Positions 59,031 through 64,000 of a stretch of 64,000 nt of DNA are shown piece after piece. The stretch lies in the NCBI GenBank assembly GCA_043824495.1, contig JBDRSV010000024.1, forward strand, positions 91,056 to 155,055, read 5' to 3'. A program made the translations under genes and the position numbers. How positions within the stretch are numbered: position 1 is the stretch's first letter; each line of letters starts with the position of its first letter. The stretch is from Candidatus Aenigmatarchaeota archaeon (lineage in GTDB: Archaea > Aenigmatarchaeota > Aenigmatarchaeia > QMZP01). The notes below the pieces were generated by a model. That model did not search any database and was not told the origin of the DNA. It worked only from the letters and a program-made list of their open reading frames with translations.

Positions 59031-59263
59031 CGAAACCCCCTTGGCTGAACGCCGTGACCGAGTCTATAGAAATCTCTCTACTTCTATCTCAACACGAAAG
59101 ACGATTTACTTGACTTTCGTGATTAAGTGGTTACCTAAATACAAATACCAGCACTGAGATGAGATTAATCTTCTCAGATAAATGCTGGGTTAAAGGTGTG
59201 TTTAGTTGAAAAACATGAATATAGAGGATTCTTGATAATAAACTTTTAAAAAGTAGGTGAACC

Positions 59264-60091
59264 TTAAAATAGGCCGAATTTCTTCTTTTTGAACTGTTTA
59301 TAGAATTCTGTCTGAGTTTTGATGGTAAATGTTTGTGTTATTGAGATTCCCAATAACATTATTATTGCTCCTATTATTATGCTAACAGATCCTGATTGTA
59401 ATGCTTTGAATAGTTCTGCTTCACTTCCGCCCATCATTGCGGCTGGTCCCAATGCTAGTGCAATTGCTCCTAATAATGGTAATGAGAATATGAATAATAT
59501 TACCAACACAAGAAGTGTGATTATTATCCAAATTAAAATTACACGAAGAGGACTCTTTGTGACTATGTGGTAAGAGTCTTTTAGGGAATTGAGTATTCCA
59601 TTCTTCTTAATGACTAATGACTGTAAGCTGAAGAAGAACAGTATTGAGATTATTACAGATACTATGGTTGATAGAACAGGACCAGCAAATGGTATTGCTC
59701 CGGCTATGGTACTGAAAATCATTGATATTATTGATATTAGTATAACCAAACCTAAACCTGGTAAGAATTTAGAGTAACCAACACTCCAGCTCTTACTCAC
59801 TTCCTTTTCTTTATCGCTCTGATGTATAAGAGCTATTGTTAAGTATAGATTTAGTAATGTCCATACAGCAAACAAGAACACAAGTGAGACGATGAATCCA
59901 CCTAAACTAAACAGAGCAAGTGGGTTTATAGCAGCTTCAGTTATCACAGATAATATTGATTCTAAATTAGTTGCTGCGAGACCAAATGCTACTAAGAAGA
60001 ATACTAAATGGAGTATGAAAAATGGTAACCATCTTCGAGGTGAAAACCCGAATTTGAATCCCTTCTCCAATGCATCTCCATAATTGAGCAT
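59264..60091 (-). CDS. Multi-pass membrane protein (hypothetical)
   Basis: At least six hydrophobic helices. AT-rich. Confidence 0.5.
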   Translation of the reverse strand: MLNYGDALEKGFKFGFSPRRWLPFFILHLVFFLVAFGLAATNLESILSVITEAAINPLALFSLGGFIVSLVFLFAVWTLLNLYLTIALIHQSDKEKEVSKSWSVGYSKFLPGLGLVILISIISMIFSTIAGAIPFAGPVLSTIVSVIISILFFFSLQSLVIKKNGILNSLKDSYHIVTKSPLRVILIWIIITLLVLVILFIFSLPLLGAIALALGPAAMMGGSEAELFKALQSGSVSIIIGAIIMLLGISITQTFTIKTQTEFYKQFKKKKFGLF

Positions 60092-60105
60092 AATTATACT
60101 TTACC

Positions 60106-60462
60106 TTACTTTCTTATAAACATTGATTTTCGCTTATCTATTATTATAATGTAACCTATTATTGCAAAGAATAGCATAACCAATGTATATGGGAATAGTA
60201 TTCCGGTTATGAAAAACAGATAACCTATAAATCCCCCAACAATAGCGAATATGACAACTGTCCACCCATAAAAATTCCCATCAGATGGCATTACAGCTTC
60301 AATTAAAACTAATAGACCGACAACGAAAACTATAGAACTTATGAATAAATCGAGAGCGCCAAATACACCTGAAAAAAGTAAAGCCCCAGCAACAAATCCC
60401 TTTGCTGCACTCTTGGGATGAAAAAATGGTTGTTCAATCATATACCTATCCATAAACCCCAT
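60106..60462 (-). CDS. Membrane protein (hypothetical)
   Basis: Three TM helices. The start is placed at an internal Met to avoid overlap. Confidence 0.35.
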   Translation of the reverse strand: MGFMDRYMIEQPFFHPKSAAKGFVAGALLFSGVFGALDLFISSIVFVVGLLVLIEAVMPSDGNFYGWTVVIFAIVGGFIGYLFFITGILFPYTLVMLFFAIIGYIIIIDKRKSMFIRK

Positions 60463-60961
60463 GTGAAGTTGGTGTGTCTGTCTTTTCAATAGCAAAATAA
60501 TCTTTGATTCCATTTCTGTAATTGAGTATTAAATTTCTACACTTTGCTATGTAACCTTGTCTAACTCTATCGTAAAACAAATAGGAATACATGTACCATA
60601 TAGGTTTTAAGATAATACTTTTGCCACCAAAACTTGTTCTAATAGCGCCTTGTAGTTGTAAACTAAAATCTCCAGATTTGTCTTTTTTTGATGTGTGCCC
60701 TTGAACTTTTATTTTTATGTAAGCATCAGAATGTCTACTGAGTTTTACTCTCACCCACCATTTAGAGAAAAAAGAAGTTGGATCACTTGAAACGTCCCAA
60801 TTAAGTTGTGTTTGAGCAGTACCTGAGGAACTCACGTGGAAAAATGGCTTTAGACTTCCCGATATTCTTTTAACAACATCAAATGAATTTGGACCTTGGT
60901 ATTTAACATAGCTAAATCTGTCTGGTGCAAGACAGTCATCTTGAATTTGCAACTTTCCCAT
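60446..60961 (-). CDS. Hypothetical protein, paralog 1 of a tandem pair
   Basis: Shares the architecture of the upstream 60969-61508 gene (GPN near the N-terminus, a WW/WV basic core, and a C-terminal W/Y-rich region ending in a Cys). Confidence 0.45.
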   Translation of the reverse strand: MGKLQIQDDCLAPDRFSYVKYQGPNSFDVVKRISGSLKPFFHVSSSGTAQTQLNWDVSSDPTSFFSKWWVRVKLSRHSDAYIKIKVQGHTSKKDKSGDFSLQLQGAIRTSFGGKSIILKPIWYMYSYLFYDRVRQGYIAKCRNLILNYRNGIKDYFAIEKTDTPTSHGVYG

Positions 60962-60968
60962 AATTACC

Positions 60969-61508
60969 TCAGCTCGTTTCTACTTTAACATCTTCTGAGT
61001 TCTTGTTTAATTCCTCGAAGAATTCTCTCATTTTTCTTTGTAAATAAACAGTCATGTGTCTACAGTCTTCTGCATACTCTTCTCTTTTTCCGTGATAGAA
61101 TAATCTATGCCAAAGAGTTCTCATCATTTCGTAAAATAATGTTCTTTGCCATATTGTATCTTGTGGATATTCTGTTCTTAATAGGCCCCTGATATCTATT
61201 TTTGCATTCCCCGTCTTCTCATTTCCTTGTGCAGATAGGTCTATTCTAACAAAAAGATATGTGTTCAAATCCATATCTTTGTGTATCCACCATCGTACCT
61301 TTATCTTATCTCCCTCTTTACCTTTTCCGTAAGAATAATCAGTTTCTTGTATATCGCTATCAGCGACTTTGAATATATTTTTCATGCCTTCGTATAGGCC
61401 GTTATAGAGCTTGATTACGTTCGGACCAACAAACTTCATTGTTATTCCACCTGGCTCTTCCTCAAAGCAATTGTCCTCCATAACTAACTTTGTTCTTGCA
61501 AAAACCAT
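60969..61508 (-). CDS. Hypothetical protein, paralog 2 of a tandem pair
   Basis: KFVGPNVIKLYNGL...KVRWWIHKD...IWQRTLFYEMMRTLWHRLFY parallels the neighbouring paralog. Confidence 0.45.
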   Translation of the reverse strand: MVFARTKLVMEDNCFEEEPGGITMKFVGPNVIKLYNGLYEGMKNIFKVADSDIQETDYSYGKGKEGDKIKVRWWIHKDMDLNTYLFVRIDLSAQGNEKTGNAKIDIRGLLRTEYPQDTIWQRTLFYEMMRTLWHRLFYHGKREEYAEDCRHMTVYLQRKMREFFEELNKNSEDVKVETS

Positions 61509-61532
61509 TAAATCACCAACTTATGTATTTAT

Positions 61533-61742
61533 TTGTCTCTAGGAAATAAATATAAGTATAGGTGTTCTATGTTTGGATTGATAGGTATCATTGTAGGAAT
61601 TCTAATGTTCCTTATTGGAGTATTTTTATTTTTCTTTTTTCCGTCGAATGCGTCTCATCAGTCAAGTAGTTTCGCTCTAACGGGTATTTTAATAGGACTC
61701 TTGTTAATGATTATAGGTGCAGTTTTAATATTTTTACCGTAG
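61533..61742 (+). CDS. Small two-TM membrane protein (hypothetical)
   Basis: Two hydrophobic helices. Precedes the 516-aa gene. Confidence 0.3.
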   Translation: MSLGNKYKYRCSMFGLIGIIVGILMFLIGVFLFFFFPSNASHQSSSFALTGILIGLLLMIIGAVLIFLP

Positions 61743-61749
61743 GTGAATT

Positions 61750-63300
61750 ATGGGATTAATAATAGATGACTTTAGGGATTGGGCAATGGAGTCAGGACCT
61801 TTGACAGGCACAGCTGTATGTGGATCTCCTTTCGAAATGCAGATAATTTTAGATTATACAGGACTTAGGGGAAGCGGTTCTAACATATATTATTCTCTAA
61901 TATACCAAGCACCTAAATGGAACTTCAAGGTCAAAAAAGTAGACGAATGGATAGAAGTTACACCAGCTTTTGCTGATTATTATAATATAACTATTGCACA
62001 AAAGCAAAAGATAGAGGGTGCAATTAAATCTGGGTTAGCTTCTGCTTCCCAATCTGTTGCTGATTATGAACTACTTGCTCACGATGCAAGAAGATATAGA
62101 GAAATAATAGATTATTTCAAGGAGGGTCAAAAAGACGATCATGTTCTACGTTCTCTGTTCCTTGACAGAGTGGATGTGTATACAGGAGATAATTACTCTC
62201 TTGTTACAATGGCTAAGAGGTGGCCAACAATAATAACTGATTTCATAAGAATGGAGAGTGCTTGGACGAATCCAGACATAATTCCGGAGGATAAGCAAGT
62301 TAAGCTCATAATGAATAATCTTGATGTTTCTCAAGCTGAAGCTACTATTCTGAAAACAAAGAATCAGCTGTTCAGAAAGTGGAAAGTAATGTTTTTCCCT
62401 GTTGTTAAGGATAGATATGCAAGAATACAGGCCATGGTTGAAGCAAGAAGAAAATCAATTGACGAATACAAGAACTGGCTTAAACCGTATGTGGCTAAAT
62501 ACAGAATGATAAGAGAGAAAACCGAATTAAATCCAAAAGAATATGTTTCAAATGCTTATATGACTCCTGGTTTTGGTCAATCCCAAGCATCTACAGGAGT
62601 AAGATTATGGTTCTTTAAAGTGTTCCCTCCAGAACAAATGGGTAAATCAGAATCAGTTAGAAGTGACGGAAAATTCATGATAAATCCTTATGATGACTTA
62701 GTCAAAGAGTGGAAAAAGAAAATAGAAGAAAAGTATGGCGTTGAAATAACAGATGACGAAGTAAAAAAACTCCTCAAAGAAAAATCATCAGGAGACAATC
62801 CTGAAATGGATCCTGGTGAGATATATTATATTCTAATAGACCTGAATATAGAACTTGCTCTAACCAAAACACCTCCTCCACAAGGGTCAGAACAAGACAA
62901 TTTGATGTTTAAACCTGTGAGAGCATGGGTAATGTCTCAGAATGTTTTGTTAATTCATTTACTTGAAATATATGCAATAGAGAAAAGTTTTGATAAATAT
63001 GTAAATGAGATGGTTGGAGCTCCTAGTATAGAAAAAAATATTCTAGAAAATATAGAAAAGGAGTTTGAGGAGCCTAAAACAGAGAAAATGACAGGATTGA
63101 AAAACGCTGGAAGAAAGATCAATAGAGCTGGAAGAATATTTAGGAAGGGTGGAGAAAAGATATTTTACGTGTTTGTAAAGAAAGGTCCATATGAAACCGT
63201 TTTCGAGGAAAGAGTATCAAAGATGTATATGCGTGGTGCTGGTGGACAGTATGGTAGGGTAATAGGCTTCATACAACAAAAAATGGGCGTTGGTAATTAG
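61750..63300 (+). CDS. Large hypothetical protein (516 aa)
   Basis: Complete ORF. No recognised family. Confidence 0.5.
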   Translation: MGLIIDDFRDWAMESGPLTGTAVCGSPFEMQIILDYTGLRGSGSNIYYSLIYQAPKWNFKVKKVDEWIEVTPAFADYYNITIAQKQKIEGAIKSGLASASQSVADYELLAHDARRYREIIDYFKEGQKDDHVLRSLFLDRVDVYTGDNYSLVTMAKRWPTIITDFIRMESAWTNPDIIPEDKQVKLIMNNLDVSQAEATILKTKNQLFRKWKVMFFPVVKDRYARIQAMVEARRKSIDEYKNWLKPYVAKYRMIREKTELNPKEYVSNAYMTPGFGQSQASTGVRLWFFKVFPPEQMGKSESVRSDGKFMINPYDDLVKEWKKKIEEKYGVEITDDEVKKLLKEKSSGDNPEMDPGEIYYILIDLNIELALTKTPPPQGSEQDNLMFKPVRAWVMSQNVLLIHLLEIYAIEKSFDKYVNEMVGAPSIEKNILENIEKEFEEPKTEKMTGLKNAGRKINRAGRIFRKGGEKIFYVFVKKGPYETVFEERVSKMYMRGAGGQYGRVIGFIQQKMGVGN

Positions 63301-63408
63301 TTTAGAATTTTCTTTTCGTAGTGGTTTATATAAACTGAAATCAATATACATTCAGCTATTGGTATAAACTTTATAAACTAATAATTTGTTTATCAAACAG
63401 TGATTTGG

Positions 63409-64000
63409 ATGGCTAAAAATAAAAAAATAACTAAGAGAGCAGTTAAGAAATCGGTTAAGAAAACAGCTGAAAAGCCAGCTAAGACTGCCAAATCAAAATC
63501 TAAACCTACTCCTAAGACCAAGAAACTAACACCAGAACAAGAAGCAAAAGAGCTTGATGATGAAAAGCTAGAAAGAATAGATCTTCTAAAGAAATTCACA
63601 AAGGATGTTTTGAAAGAGTATGGTCAGCTAATTAGAGCTATAGTATTATTTGGTTCTACTGCTAGAGGCGGGTTCAAGAAGCACTCTGATATTGATATTT
63701 TTGTTATAGTTGATGATACAAGAGAGAAAATCACTCCTATGCTTAGAGATAAACTAGAAGACGATTTAGACAAAATAGCTAAGAGCTGCTCAAAGAAAAT
63801 GTCTGTGCAGCAACCTTACATGCTCACTGAATTCTGGAGACTTGTGAGAGAAGGTCATCCAATTGTTTTCAATTTCATAAGAGAAGGAGTTCCCGTATTT
63901 GACAGAGACATGTTTTTACCTATCAAGAGATTACTTCAAATAGGAGAGATAAAGCCGTCTCAAGAAGCTGTTGAGAAATTTATTGAGAGAGGACCTAAGA
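63409..64000 (+). CDS. Minimal nucleotidyltransferase (Pol-beta superfamily) domain protein with a Lys/Ala-rich N-terminal tail. The 3' end runs past the window.
   Basis: GSTARGG...HSDIDIFV is the NTase motif. The ORF is open to the window end, so it is not in the ORF track. The N-terminus is KKxxKK-rich. Confidence 0.65.
   Translation, partial: MAKNKKITKRAVKKSVKKTAEKPAKTAKSKSKPTPKTKKLTPEQEAKELDDEKLERIDLLKKFTKDVLKEYGQLIRAIVLFGSTARGGFKKHSDIDIFVIVDDTREKITPMLRDKLEDDLDKIAKSCSKKMSVQQPYMLTEFWRLVREGHPIVFNFIREGVPVFDRDMFLPIKRLLQIGEIKPSQEAVEKFIERGPK

Noticed and set aside
63393-63599. 68-aa minus-strand ORF
   Set aside because: It is antisense to the plus-strand nucleotidyltransferase gene, whose motif GSTARGG...DIDIF is convincing.
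1-64000. CRISPR array
   Set aside because: No regularly spaced direct repeats were found. The Cas4-like gene stands alone.

Overview
The window is a compositional mosaic. AT-rich (~32-36% GC) segments carry clearly archaeal housekeeping genes. GC-rich (~55-60% GC) segments carry bacterial-style genes.

Archaeal content: ribosomal proteins S17, L14, L24, S4e, L5, S14, S8, L30e, S12, S7, L7Ae, S28e and L24e; RNA polymerase subunit D (Rpo3); a KH-type NusA; arginyl-tRNA synthetase; diphthine synthase; an intron-containing tRNA; and an intein-containing myo-inositol-1-phosphate synthase next to a CDP-alcohol phosphatidyltransferase. There is also a defense or mobile-DNA island: a Cas4-like nuclease, an MmeI-like Type IIL restriction-modification enzyme, a ParB-like nuclease and an IS4/IS5-family transposase.

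Bacterial-style content: an M32 carboxypeptidase and a PepD-like dipeptidase; lipoproteins with lipobox signals; a large secreted protein ending in a T9SS C-terminal sorting domain; strong Shine-Dalgarno sites; TTGACA-type promoters; tandem paralogous secreted proteins; and an FHA-domain fragment.

The main hunt result: every GC-block end that carries the motif (5 ends) has a conserved ~21-bp motif (ATATCCCTTTAAAT[A/G]GACAAT and its inverse). It faces inward toward the GC-rich side and is followed on that side by a hairpin, which looks like terminal inverted repeats of a cargo-carrying element family. Four further block edges, and the intermediate-GC segment at 15.3-17.0 kb, lack it. An assembly chimera joined at a shared 21-mer is an explicit alternative. 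A 3.5-kb GC-rich stretch at 20.2-23.75 kb has no ORFs and is dense in perfect hairpins; its nature is unresolved. A HerA/DUF87-like ATPase with a coiled-coil partner sits between two GC-rich blocks.
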